Below are positions 50,523 to 60,237 of a stretch of DNA of 64,000 nt, in pieces. The position numbers and the translations under genes were made by a program. Below the pieces are notes generated by a model. That model was not told the origin of the DNA and ran no database searches. It saw only the letters and a list, made by a program, of their open reading frames with translations. The DNA is taken from the NCBI GenBank assembly GCA_963812155.1, contig CAWETW010000001.1, positions 608,001-672,000 on the forward strand, in the 5' to 3' direction. Position 1 is the first letter of the stretch, and the number at the start of each line of letters is the position of its first letter. The DNA is from Vulcanimicrobiota bacterium (lineage in GTDB: Bacteria; Vulcanimicrobiota; Vulcanimicrobiia; Vulcanimicrobiales; Vulcanimicrobiaceae).

Positions 50523-51560
50523 TCAGTTCACGGCTATGCCCCACGGGCCGGTCAACTGCGTGTTTCCGCCGGTAATCGTCCGCGCCGGCGGCACGTTGCC
50601 GTTGGAACTCGTCGGATAGACGGTCACGCTCTGGCCGAAGACGTTGGCAACGTAGAAGGACGTGCCGCTTACGGCGATGCCGTACGGAAAGTTTAATCCC
50701 GTATTGCCGCCGCTGACAGTTTGGAGCGGCGCCACATTACCGTTGGCCGTAGACGGATAGACGGTCACGATGCTGCACGTATTGTTGCAGTCGTTTGCGA
50801 CGTAGATCTTGTTGCCTCCGTAAGCGATTGCGAGGTCGCCGGAGAGGCCCGTGTTGGCACCGGCGATCGTTTGAACGGGCGTGGCGTTCCCGTTTGCCGT
50901 GGGGCCGTACACCGTGATCGTGCTGTTCTGGATGTTTGTGACGTAGATTCTTCCGTTGGGTTTTAGAGCGAGGCCGGACGGCTGCAGCAGACCGGTGTTC
51001 GCACCTGAAATAGTGCGGATCGGCGCGACGTTGCCATTTGCACCGGCGGCGTAGACGGTAACGGTATTGTTATTCAAGTTGGCAACGTACATTCTGCCGG
51101 TTGAATCCAACGCGATTCCGTGCGGTCCGTTCAGCCCCGTGTTCGGGCCCGCGAGCGTCGCATTGGGCGCGATGTTACCGCCCGCTCCCGCGAGATAGAG
51201 GGTCACGCTATTGCCGCTGTTGTTAGAAACGTACACGTTATGCGACGAATCGAGCGTAACGGCTACCGGGTTATTCAGCCTTGTATTGCTACCGCTGATG
51301 GTACGAACGGGCGTCACGTTGCCGTTCGAGTTCCGATGATATACCGTGACCGAGTTCGAGTTCGGGTTCGTAACGTAGATGCACGCCTGACTCACGCACG
51401 GAGTCGCAGGAAACGCTTTCGCGGCAGCAGCTCGAACGGCGTTTGAGCCGACTTGCGAAGAGGGGACGGTCGCGGTAGCCGCGCCGCACGACGTCAGCGC
51501 AGGTGCCGCAAGCGCCCACGCGCACAATGCGCTCGGGGCCGAGAGGTGAAACGATTTCAT
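50523..51560 (-). CDS. NHL-repeat beta-propeller lipoprotein
   Basis: Six repeats of SVTVY...ANGNV.P..TI.G.NT.L..P.G; LTSC lipobox; SD AAGGAG. Confidence 0.85.
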   Translation of the reverse strand: MKSFHLSAPSALCAWALAAPALTSCGAATATVPSSQVGSNAVRAAAAKAFPATPCVSQACIYVTNPNSNSVTVYHRNSNGNVTPVRTISGSNTRLNNPVAVTLDSSHNVYVSNNSGNSVTLYLAGAGGNIAPNATLAGPNTGLNGPHGIALDSTGRMYVANLNNNTVTVYAAGANGNVAPIRTISGANTGLLQPSGLALKPNGRIYVTNIQNSTITVYGPTANGNATPVQTIAGANTGLSGDLAIAYGGNKIYVANDCNNTCSIVTVYPSTANGNVAPLQTVSGGNTGLNFPYGIAVSGTSFYVANVFGQSVTVYPTSSNGNVPPARTITGGNTQLTGPWGIAVN

Positions 51561-51712
51561 GGTTCTCCTTCAGTATTGCAACGGATTATGATTATGCTTC
51601 GAGCGTTTCGCTCCAGAAACGCCGGCATCGCGTCCGCTGGTAAAGCGGCGGACGCGACTACCGGATGAAGTATACCACGAATCGGGACAAACTTAGCCCG
51701 GTCCGAGGCGTA

Positions 51713-52837
51713 TCAATGTGGAGGGCGGCCTCTCGGTCCGGCAACCATTCCATGCGGAACGCCTCCCCATACGCGGGGCGCCGCCATCATGCGCGGAGCT
51801 GAGGGCATGCGCGGAGCCGAGTGCATGCGCGGCGCCTGCGCGAACGCCGGGGCGCGGCGCGGAGCCGTTGCGAATCTCGCGTGCGCAGTTGAGGTTCTTG
51901 CGTGGGCCGTTGCGAATCTCGCGTGCGCGGCCGCGATGCGAGCGTGTGCGGCGGCGATGCGAGCGTGTGCGATCCGGGCATGTGCGGCCGCGATGCGAGT
52001 GTGTGCGGTCGCTATGCGAGCGTGTGCGGCTGCGCGACGGGCGTGGGCCGATGCAATCCTGGCGCGAGCGATTGCGTTTCGTGTGGCGACGTGGAAGGGC
52101 CGCACGGCGTGCGCGATTCGCGCGGGACCGATAACCCGGCGATGGACGATCGTTCCGTTTCGGCGCACGACGATCGTGTGGGTCACCCGAGCAACGCTAT
52201 TGTTGACGACCGAGTATGCCGCCGCCGGCGCCACCGAAAACGCCGGATTCACGGCCGCCATCGCGTAACCTGGATAGTACGAATACGCGGCGACCGCAGG
52301 GTATGGCGCGGGATAGACGGCTGCCGGATACGCCGTCGGATAGGCGGCGCCGTATAGCGGCGCGTTCACTGCCGACGCGACTAAGCCTAAGACGCCGAGG
52401 CCTACCGCTGCACCCAAGAGCGACCCGCTATACGCCGGATACACCGTGGGTGCGTACGGGGAGTACGCTACGGCAGGTGCGTACGGAGCGTATGTTACAG
52501 CAGGTGCGTACGGCACAGGCGGCGCGTACGTTACGGCGGGCGCATACGGTATCGCCGGCGCGTACGCCGGCGTAGGCGCATACGGTATTGGTGCGTATGC
52601 CGCCGCCGGCGCTACCGGACACCACACCCAACCAACGCCCGGCTGCCACACCATCTGGTTGTAACTCAACGGCGTGCAGTACGGCGTTTGGATCGGAGGG
52701 ATCGGCGGAGAATACGCGACGACACTCGGAGCGAATCCCGCGTAGAGAATCTGAGCATCGGCGGAAAGGGGGCTCATCAGCGCCGCGGCGGCGACGATCA
52801 GCCCAAGGATCAATCCTGCAAACTGTTCTTTTCTCAT
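51713..52837 (-). CDS. Secreted low-complexity protein (Tyr/Ala/Pro repeats, AHARIAA repeats)
   Basis: SD GAGGA; signal peptide ending ADA-Q; internal coding repeats. Confidence 0.65.
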   Translation of the reverse strand: MRKEQFAGLILGLIVAAAALMSPLSADAQILYAGFAPSVVAYSPPIPPIQTPYCTPLSYNQMVWQPGVGWVWCPVAPAAAYAPIPYAPTPAYAPAIPYAPAVTYAPPVPYAPAVTYAPYAPAVAYSPYAPTVYPAYSGSLLGAAVGLGVLGLVASAVNAPLYGAAYPTAYPAAVYPAPYPAVAAYSYYPGYAMAAVNPAFSVAPAAAYSVVNNSVARVTHTIVVRRNGTIVHRRVIGPARIAHAVRPFHVATRNAIARARIASAHARRAAAHARIATAHTRIAAAHARIAHARIAAAHARIAAAHARFATAHARTSTAHARFATAPRRAPAFAQAPRMHSAPRMPSAPRMMAAPRVWGGVPHGMVAGPRGRPPH

Positions 52838-53025
52838 ATGAGCTTCCTCACTGTTATATTGCACCCGCGCGCGTCGAGAGAAGCCGGTCGAGTATTAGCT
52901 TCCGATTAGAAGCCGGCGTCGATCTATCGGGCGCTCTGGAAGGCCGCCGAGGAAACAGCCGGGCGGCTCAGCCTTTCTCATCGTTTATCGCTGCGGCGCA
53001 TTGCCGCCCGTTGTAGAATCGCCGT

Positions 53026-53892
53026 ATGAGACGGGCAATTACGATCGCGATGGGAGTGCTGGCACTGTCGTGTAGTCTCGCGAAAACGCGAGCGCAGGAT
53101 GCCGCGCCGTCTTCGACGCCCGAGTCCTTTTATTCCGCGGCCGTCGCATCGATGCGCGCGTTGCCGCAACCACGATACCTCACCTACACGATAGATGGCG
53201 ACGGCGACAACCTGTCGATCGGCCTGCGAGTCATCCGGCATCTCGTCTGGCTGGAGATGACCACCGGGCCGGGGGCGTTTCCATCGGAATGGTCGATCCG
53301 TCATCGAACCGACGACTACGCATCCGAGATTACCGACTACGAGGGACGCAGGCTCGTCAGCACACGCGCCTTCTTCGACCCGACGTGGTACGGCGCGTTC
53401 CGGGCACTGCGCGACGGCATGCTCATGTATCAGCAACCCGAGCCGCCCGTCTCGGCGTCTGCGACGCCGACACCCGGACCTTCACCCGATTTACGGACGA
53501 TCGCCGTCGTTACCGTCATGGGCAGCGCAGTCTATCGGGTGGAAGACAAGGGTCCCGCGGTGTGCACCGACGGCGATGAAGGACACGCTCTGCATCTCGT
53601 CTCACGCGAACCGAACCCGCGCCATCAACTGGCCGACGTCGTCGTCGACTTGCGGAACATGCATTTCTGTACGATGCGATTCAACGTTCGCGAATCGGGC
53701 TTCAGCGGATCGGTCGAGCAACACTATGGAACCGTCGGTGGTTATTGGCTGCAGACCGACGGCGTCATCGAAACCGGCGTACGCACGTTGGGCTTCATGG
53801 TGGGCCACGGCGTGTGGCGCTACCGGCTGACGCAGATGAGTTTTCCCAGATCCCTTCCGGCGGAAACGTTTCTTAGCCCGCCGTATCAATAG
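53026..53892 (+). CDS. Exported hypothetical protein
   Basis: TAGAAT-6 nt-ATG; signal peptide; FFDPTW.GA. Confidence 0.7.
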   Translation: MRRAITIAMGVLALSCSLAKTRAQDAAPSSTPESFYSAAVASMRALPQPRYLTYTIDGDGDNLSIGLRVIRHLVWLEMTTGPGAFPSEWSIRHRTDDYASEITDYEGRRLVSTRAFFDPTWYGAFRALRDGMLMYQQPEPPVSASATPTPGPSPDLRTIAVVTVMGSAVYRVEDKGPAVCTDGDEGHALHLVSREPNPRHQLADVVVDLRNMHFCTMRFNVRESGFSGSVEQHYGTVGGYWLQTDGVIETGVRTLGFMVGHGVWRYRLTQMSFPRSLPAETFLSPPYQ

Positions 53893-54000
53893 CTTTCCGG
53901 AAGGGGCTCGGCGACGGCGACGTAATACCATGTGACCGCCAATCGCGGGACCGCACGAGTATATCGTGCGGATACTCGATTTGAAGGAATGGAGCACTTC

Positions 54001-55077
54001 ATGAGAGTTTCGAAGGTTTATCGGCCGGCGAGCATCTTTTTATTGACAGCAGTCGTATTGAGCGGCTGCGGCAAAGCCGGGAGTCAGTTTTCACCGCCGG
54101 CCGGATCGACGCCGATGGCGGCGGAAAACGGCCACCACGGCGGCGCGCATCCGGCAAATTGCACGCCCACGCTCTGGGCATCGTCGTTGAGCACCGGCAG
54201 AGTTAACGGATACCTGGCCGCAAATTCCGCGCCGTGCGTGAGTCTTCACGGATCCTACGCCGGCCTACATTTCCAACAACCGTACGCCGTGGCGATGGGC
54301 AGCAACCCCAACTACCTCTACGTCGCGGATCTGCTAAACGATCGCATCGTCGTCTTCGACGCCCAAGGCAACTACGTCAAGTGGCTGAACACGAAACTCG
54401 GAAATACCGACTACAATCCGTGGGGCGTTTGCGTCAGCCCCCAAGGCGTCGTGGGAGTTGGAAATATTCAGCAAGGCGCCGCGCAAGGCATCGTTGAGTT
54501 CTTTGCGCCAACCGCTCCGAGCGGCAGTCTGCCGACGGGGGACGCCACCGGGCAACTGCAGAGACAAACGTACTGCGCTTTCGACAGCGCAGGAAACTTT
54601 TTCGTGGAGGATGGTACGAGCAGCGGGACGTCGCACATCGACTATCTCGCCAGTGCCAACGTTGGTTTACCGGGCCAAACGCTCGTCGACGCGGGCCTTG
54701 GGAGCGGATCAACGTGGGTCGGGATGTATTCGCGAATCGACTCCCCCGCGGGCGACACGCTCAGCGTGGCGAGCAACACGCCGAATAACGCTGCGCAACT
54801 CGTGCAGACGTGGACCGTCAGTGGTCCGCCTGCCGGGCCGTTGACGCTTACGCCGTGCACGTGCTCGCCGTACCATTTCCACCAATTTCCGCATAACACC
54901 GGGAATATCGTCGACGGCGTGGCTCCGACAACCGGGGGAAGCGGCGGGTTTCTCTACTTCGCCGACTACGGCAAAGGGAGAATTCTTCAAGGTCCCGCCA
55001 ACGGCGGAGTGGTGACGACCTACGAAACGTTGCACGGCGCACTGGGGGTCGCGACCAATCCCGGCGGCCAATACTAG
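54001..55077 (+). CDS. NHL-like beta-propeller lipoprotein
   Basis: Lipobox LSGC; LYVAD..N.RI.VFD, YCAFDSAGN. Confidence 0.75.
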   Translation: MRVSKVYRPASIFLLTAVVLSGCGKAGSQFSPPAGSTPMAAENGHHGGAHPANCTPTLWASSLSTGRVNGYLAANSAPCVSLHGSYAGLHFQQPYAVAMGSNPNYLYVADLLNDRIVVFDAQGNYVKWLNTKLGNTDYNPWGVCVSPQGVVGVGNIQQGAAQGIVEFFAPTAPSGSLPTGDATGQLQRQTYCAFDSAGNFFVEDGTSSGTSHIDYLASANVGLPGQTLVDAGLGSGSTWVGMYSRIDSPAGDTLSVASNTPNNAAQLVQTWTVSGPPAGPLTLTPCTCSPYHFHQFPHNTGNIVDGVAPTTGGSGGFLYFADYGKGRILQGPANGGVVTTYETLHGALGVATNPGGQY

Positions 55078-55160
55078 CGGCGCCGGATCGACCGTTCCGT
55101 AAACCTGAGAGGCTCGCCGTGTCAAAGGGGCGCGGCGAGCCGTAATGGTATGTACGCCGG

Positions 55161-55952
55161 GTGAAACTCCTCGAGGGAAAGCGCGCCTTGGTCACCGGCG
55201 TTGCGAATCGCTGGTCGATCGCCACCGGAATCGCGCGTAAACTGCACGAGCACGGCGCCAAGGTCGCGCTGACCTATCAAGGCGAGCGCGTCCGCGACGA
55301 GGTCGAGAAACTCGCAAAGGAGCTCGACGGCGCGCACGTGGTGGAGTGCGACGTCTCGCGCGACGAATCGCTGGAAGCGATGCGAGCCGATCTCGCGAAA
55401 AGCTTCGGCTCGATCGACGCGCTGGCGCACTCGATTGCGTTTGCGAACAAGGAAGATCTCGCCGGTAAGGTTTTCGATACGTCGCGCTCGGGTTTTGCAC
55501 TCTCACTCGACGTCTCATCGTATTCGCTGATCGCGTTGGTGAATGCGCTGCGCGAGGGCCTGAACGACGGCGCCTCGGTGGTTGCCCTGACGTACCTCGG
55601 CGCCACGCAGATCGTGCCGAACTACAATTTAATGGGCATCTCGAAGGCGGCACTTGAATCGATCGTGCGCTACCTCGCCTACGACCTCGGCGATCGGGGG
55701 ATTCGGGTCAACGCCATTTCGGCGGGCCCGATCAAGACGGCGAGTTCCCGTCAAGTCGGCGGGTTCTCGCGCATTCTCGACGTCGTGCCCAAGGTCGCGC
55801 CGCTGCGGCGCAACGTTACGCCGGAAGACGTCGGCAATGCGGCCGTCTTTCTTGCGTCGGATCTTTCGTCGGCGATTACGGCGGACGTCCATTTCGTTGA
55901 TGCCGGATATCACATGATGGGCATGTATCCACCGGATTTTGGGTCGGCGTGA
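55161..55952 (+). CDS. fabI: Enoyl-ACP reductase
   Basis: GVAN..SIA.GIA, HSIAFA, YNLMGISKAALE, NAISAGPIKT. Confidence 0.93.
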   Translation: MKLLEGKRALVTGVANRWSIATGIARKLHEHGAKVALTYQGERVRDEVEKLAKELDGAHVVECDVSRDESLEAMRADLAKSFGSIDALAHSIAFANKEDLAGKVFDTSRSGFALSLDVSSYSLIALVNALREGLNDGASVVALTYLGATQIVPNYNLMGISKAALESIVRYLAYDLGDRGIRVNAISAGPIKTASSRQVGGFSRILDVVPKVAPLRRNVTPEDVGNAAVFLASDLSSAITADVHFVDAGYHMMGMYPPDFGSA

Positions 55953-56131
55953 AGGCGCCGGGGGCGGACGAACTTGCCGCAATCGCCGTCGCGCTCGCCG
56001 TCGCTACGCGGACCGATGATACTGCGGCGAGAGAAGTGCACGTAGCACCTTGGTTGCTGGCGATGCGCTATCCGGAACTCGAGTTCGACGACTTGCTTTC
56101 GCTCAGACACGCGTGTTCGACAAGATCCTAA
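55949..56131 (+). CDS. Small protein, acyl-CoA carboxylase epsilon-subunit-like
   Basis: PGADELAAIAVAL...PW; overlaps fabI stop and biotin carboxylase start. Confidence 0.5.
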   Translation: MKAPGADELAAIAVALAVATRTDDTAAREVHVAPWLLAMRYPELEFDDLLSLRHACSTRS

Positions 56132-57938
56132 TCGCCAATCGCGGCGAGATTGCGGTTCGCGTCGCGCGCACGGCGCGTGAAATGGGCATCGCAACGGTTG
56201 CCGTCTATTCGGAACCCGACCGCGATGCACTCCACGTGCGGATGGCGGACGAAGCATACCTGATCGGCCCCGCGCCTCCGTCGCAAAGCTACCTCGACGG
56301 CGCAAAGCTCGTCGCCGTCGCATTGCGTGCCGGCGCACAAGCGGTCCATCCCGGTTACGGATTTCTCGCCGAAAACGCCGCCTTCGCGCGTGACGTGACC
56401 GCGGCAGAACTGACGTGGATCGGACCGCACGCCGATGCGATAGAGGCGATGGGCGACAAACTGCGCGCGCGGTCGGCAATGCAGGCCGCCGGCGTTCCGA
56501 TCGTTCCCGGGGGCACCGAGCTTATTGCGGATGCGTCTGCCGCACGCCGGGCCGCCGAAGCGTTTGGATTGCCGTTGGCGCTGAAAGCGTCCGCCGGCGG
56601 CGGCGGCAAGGGTCTCAAGGTCGCGCGTACGGCCGAGGAGATCGAATCGGCGTTCGAAACGGCTCGCCGCGAAGCTGAAACCTACTTTAAGAACGGCACG
56701 ATTTACGCCGAGCGATATCTCGAGAATCCGCGCCATATCGAACTTCAGGTGCTGGCCGACAAGCACGGTCGGATCGTACACGTCGGCGAGCGCAACTGTT
56801 CGTTGCAGCGGCGTCATCAAAAACTGTGGGAAGAGGCGCCGGTTACGCTCCCGCACGCGTTGCGGCAGCGAATGCGCGAAGCGGCGGTCGCAGCTGCGCG
56901 CGCGATCGGCTACGATTCGGTGGGCACGATCGAATGTCTCGTCTCGGGCGACGAATTCTATTTTCTCGAGATGAATACGCGGATTCAGGTGGAGCACACG
57001 GTAACTGAGATGGTTTCCGGCCTGGATTTAGTTCGCGAGCAGATCCGCGTTGCGGCCGGCGAGCCGCTGGGGTTTACGCAGGACGATATTGCGTTCTCGG
57101 GATGGGCGATCGAGGGGCGCGTGAACGCGGAGGATCCGGCAAACGATTTTCGCCCTGCGCCGGGGAGGATCACCGCGTATCGCGAGCCGGCCGGGCTTGG
57201 CGTGCGCGTCGATTCGGCGGCGTTCGCCGGTTGGACGATTTCGCCCGACTACGATTCGATGATTGCGAAACTCGTCGTCTGGGCGCCGACGCGTTCCCAG
57301 GCAATTGCGCGGTTACGCCGGGCGATCGACGAGTACGTCGTCAAGGGCGTGCCGACGACGCTGCCGCTGCTGCGAGCACTGTGCGACCAACCCGAAGTCG
57401 TAAACGACACGTACGGCACCGCAACGCTCGAAGCGTTCGCGCGTACGTTGGGGAACGCTCCTTCGACTGCGCTCGCTAACGCTCGCTTCGCTCAGGATGA
57501 CACAAAAAGCTTCGCTCAGGATGACACAAAAAGCTTCGCTCAGGATGACACAAAAAGCTTCGCTCGGGATGACACCGGTGAAGAGACGCAATTCGCGTCG
57601 AGGTGAACGATCGGCTCTTTCGCGTACGGCTCGTCGATCTTCCGCAGAAAAGCGGAAACGCGAACGGGGCGGTGCGCCGGCAGGCGCCTCGGCTCGGCGG
57701 AGTTGCAAAGTCGAAGAGCGCAATCGGGAACGCGGTATTGTCGCCGATGCACGGCATCATCGTCGACATCGGCGTCGCCGCGGGCCAGCGCGTCGAAGAG
57801 GGACAAGTCGTCGCAGTGGTTGAGGCGATGAAAATGATGAACGAGATTCGAGCCGAGCGCGGCGGGACGGTGGCACGCATTCACGGCACCGCCGGCGATG
57901 CGGTCGAGGCCGGTTCGCCGCTCGTCACCTTGACGTGA
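56113..57938 (+). CDS. Acetyl/propionyl-CoA carboxylase alpha subunit (biotin carboxylase + BCCP); frameshift near 57590, REP insertion in the linker
   Basis: KILIANRGEIA, HPGYGFLAEN, GGGGKG, FLEMNTRIQVEH, RVDS. The next frame gives RVEVNDRLF and the biotin motif EAMKM. Confidence 0.9.
57460..57575 (+). repeat. REP-like element with 24-bp tandem expansion inside a CDS
   Basis: CCTTCGACTGCG... then GCTTCGCTCAGGATGACACAAAAA x3 plus a fourth variant copy; reads FAQDDTKS. Confidence 0.9.
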
Positions 57939-58822
57939 GGTTCTTACTCGGCGTCGTCGCGTTCGCCTCGCTGGTGTATGCGAGCGCGTGGAATCAGGCG
58001 CCGGCGCAAACGCCCGTCGCCTCGCCCGCGCCGGCCGCATCAGCGGCACCGGCGGCAACTCCGGCCGCTTCTCCTTCTCCGCCGAGCGATCCGTGCGGTT
58101 CGATATTGTCGATCGTGAACCGGCCGACGTTCGGCACCGGCGTCTGCACCGTTCGCACCGGTGAATTCGACATCGAAAACGGCTACACGAACACCGTGAC
58201 GACGGGCAGCGGCGGCGGCAACTTCGTCGTCTATCCGCAGTCGCTGATTCGCTTCGGCACGTTCGATCCGCATTTCGATCTCGAGTTCGGGGCGCCGAGC
58301 GAAGCGCGCACCTCGGTGGGCGCTCCGGTCGTTTCAGGCGCGACCGATCTCAGTCTCGGAGCTAAATACGAACTCGGGTACACGTCGAACTTCCTGTATG
58401 GCGTTAACGCCGTCGTCACGGTTCCCAGCGGCACGCACGCGTTCACGGCGGGCAACGCGCAGTTTACGGGCAACTTCAACTGGGCGTATACGGTCAACTC
58501 CGTCATCGGCGTAGCCGGGACGCTCGGTGCCAATGCATTCAGCGGCGCGAACTCCTCCGGTGCACCGCAATCGTATTTCGCGTTTACGCCGACGCTCAGC
58601 GTTACGGCCGCGCTTCCGGGTCCCTCGGAGCTCATTGCGGAGTATGCCTTCTTCTCCTCGGCCGGCCCGAACTTAGGCGGCAAGAGTTGGTTCGATTTCG
58701 TCTACGTGCGCGACTTCGGCGGCTCGGTACAGTTCGACGTCGAGTACGGATTTTCGCCCACCCTTATCGGCGGCCAGCGCCAGCACTACGTGGGAGCCGG
58801 CCTGTCGTTTTTGCATCAGTAA
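57935..58822 (+). CDS. Exported beta-rich protein, possible outer-membrane transporter (MetA-pathway-like)
   Basis: Signal peptide, Pro-rich linker, RPT, E.GY, D..LGAKY, C-terminal GAGLSF. Confidence 0.55.
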   Translation: MRFLLGVVAFASLVYASAWNQAPAQTPVASPAPAASAAPAATPAASPSPPSDPCGSILSIVNRPTFGTGVCTVRTGEFDIENGYTNTVTTGSGGGNFVVYPQSLIRFGTFDPHFDLEFGAPSEARTSVGAPVVSGATDLSLGAKYELGYTSNFLYGVNAVVTVPSGTHAFTAGNAQFTGNFNWAYTVNSVIGVAGTLGANAFSGANSSGAPQSYFAFTPTLSVTAALPGPSELIAEYAFFSSAGPNLGGKSWFDFVYVRDFGGSVQFDVEYGFSPTLIGGQRQHYVGAGLSFLHQ

Positions 58823-58835
58823 TCGCGGCCCTTCG

Positions 58836-58907
58836 CCCTTCGACTTCGCGTGCTTCGCACGCTGCGCTCAGGGTGACACCAATAGGCTCGCGGCGGTTAG
58901 GATGACA
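58836..58907 (+). repeat. REP-like element plus degenerate half
   Basis: CCCTTCGACTTC-GCGTGC TTC GCACGC-TGCGCTCAGGGTGACAC; AGGATGACA at 58899. Confidence 0.8.
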
Positions 58908-58951
58908 AAGCCGAAGGTTGTGGAAGGGACTGCGCTACAGGAGGATACGCG

Positions 58952-60193
58952 ATGAATAGTGTGCCGGCTTTCAACATCGGAAACACCGCCTTTATGTTAT
59001 TGTGTGCGAGCCTGGTGATGCTCATGACGCCCGGGCTCGCGTTTTTCTACGGCGGGCTCGTGCAGCGCAAGAACGTGCTCACGATCATGATGCAAAGCTT
59101 CATGTCGCTGGGATGGACGACCGTGCTGTGGTTTGCATTCGGCTATTCGGAATCGTTCGGACCGACGTGGCACGGCATCATCGGAAACCCGACCACCTAC
59201 GCGTTTCTTCACGGCGTCACGCTGAAGACGATGTTTACGGGCAACGACGCGGGCATACCGCTCATCGTCCACATCGCCTATCAAATGATGTTCGCGATCA
59301 TCACTCCCGCGCTCATCACCGGAGCGTTCGCCAACCGCGTAACGTTCAAAGCCTACTTCTGGTTCTTGACGGGCTGGCTGGTCTTCGTCTATTTCCCGTT
59401 CGTGCACATGCTGTGGAGTCCCGACGGCATTTTGGCGAAGTGGGGCGCGCTCGATTTCGCCGGCGGCATCGTCGTGCACGCGTCGGCGGGATTCGCCGCG
59501 CTCGCGTCGGTGCTCTACGTCGGCCGCCGTCACGTGGTGGAAGGCAAACCGCACAACGTTCCGCTCATTGCGCTGGGCACCGGTTTGCTGTGGTTCGGCT
59601 GGTACGGTTTCAACGCCGGCTCCGAGCTGCGCGTCGATGCGGTGACCGCTTCGGCATTTCTCAACACCGACATCGCGGCGTCGTTCGCGGCGATTACGTG
59701 GCTACTCATCGAGTGGGCGAGCGGCCGCCAACCGAAGTTCGTTGGTCTGCTCACCGGCGCGGTCGCCGGCTTGGCGACGATCACGCCCGCGGCCGGCTAC
59801 GTGTCACCGACCACCGCGGTCATCATCGGCGTCGCTGCTGGCCTCGTGTGTTACTACGCGGTCGCGCTGAAGAACCGGCTAGGTTGGGACGATGCACTCG
59901 ACGTGTGGGGCGTTCACGGCGTCGGCGGGTTCTTGGGCATCGTGCTGCTCGGCGTCTTCGCTTCGACGCTGTGGAATCCGAACGGCGCCGACGGTTTGCT
60001 GCGCGGCAATCCGGCGTTCCTCGGCAAGCAGTTCGTCTCGGCGCTGGTTTGCAGCGCGTGGGCCTTCGGCTTTACCTACGGCATGCTGTATCTCATCAAT
60101 TTCATCACGCCGGTGAAGGTCGACGAAGCGACCGAGCAGGCTGGACTCGACGCGGCGCTCCACGGTGAGGAGGCGTACCCGTTAGGCGTCTAG
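58952..60193 (+). CDS. amtB: Ammonium transporter
   Basis: LMTPGLAFFYGG, QMMFAIIT.AL, DFAGG.VVH, LLWFGWYGFNAGS, DDALDV.GVHG; SD AGGAGG. Confidence 0.95.
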   Translation: MNSVPAFNIGNTAFMLLCASLVMLMTPGLAFFYGGLVQRKNVLTIMMQSFMSLGWTTVLWFAFGYSESFGPTWHGIIGNPTTYAFLHGVTLKTMFTGNDAGIPLIVHIAYQMMFAIITPALITGAFANRVTFKAYFWFLTGWLVFVYFPFVHMLWSPDGILAKWGALDFAGGIVVHASAGFAALASVLYVGRRHVVEGKPHNVPLIALGTGLLWFGWYGFNAGSELRVDAVTASAFLNTDIAASFAAITWLLIEWASGRQPKFVGLLTGAVAGLATITPAAGYVSPTTAVIIGVAAGLVCYYAVALKNRLGWDDALDVWGVHGVGGFLGIVLLGVFASTLWNPNGADGLLRGNPAFLGKQFVSALVCSAWAFGFTYGMLYLINFITPVKVDEATEQAGLDAALHGEEAYPLGV

Positions 60194-60237
60194 TTCCGCG
60201 CTGCAATTTCGCACGCCCCGTTGCGGCGGCGCTCGCG

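Noticed and set aside
57485..57575. 24-bp direct repeats as a CRISPR array
   Set aside because: Head-to-tail units with no unique spacers and no cas genes; part of the REP-like family.
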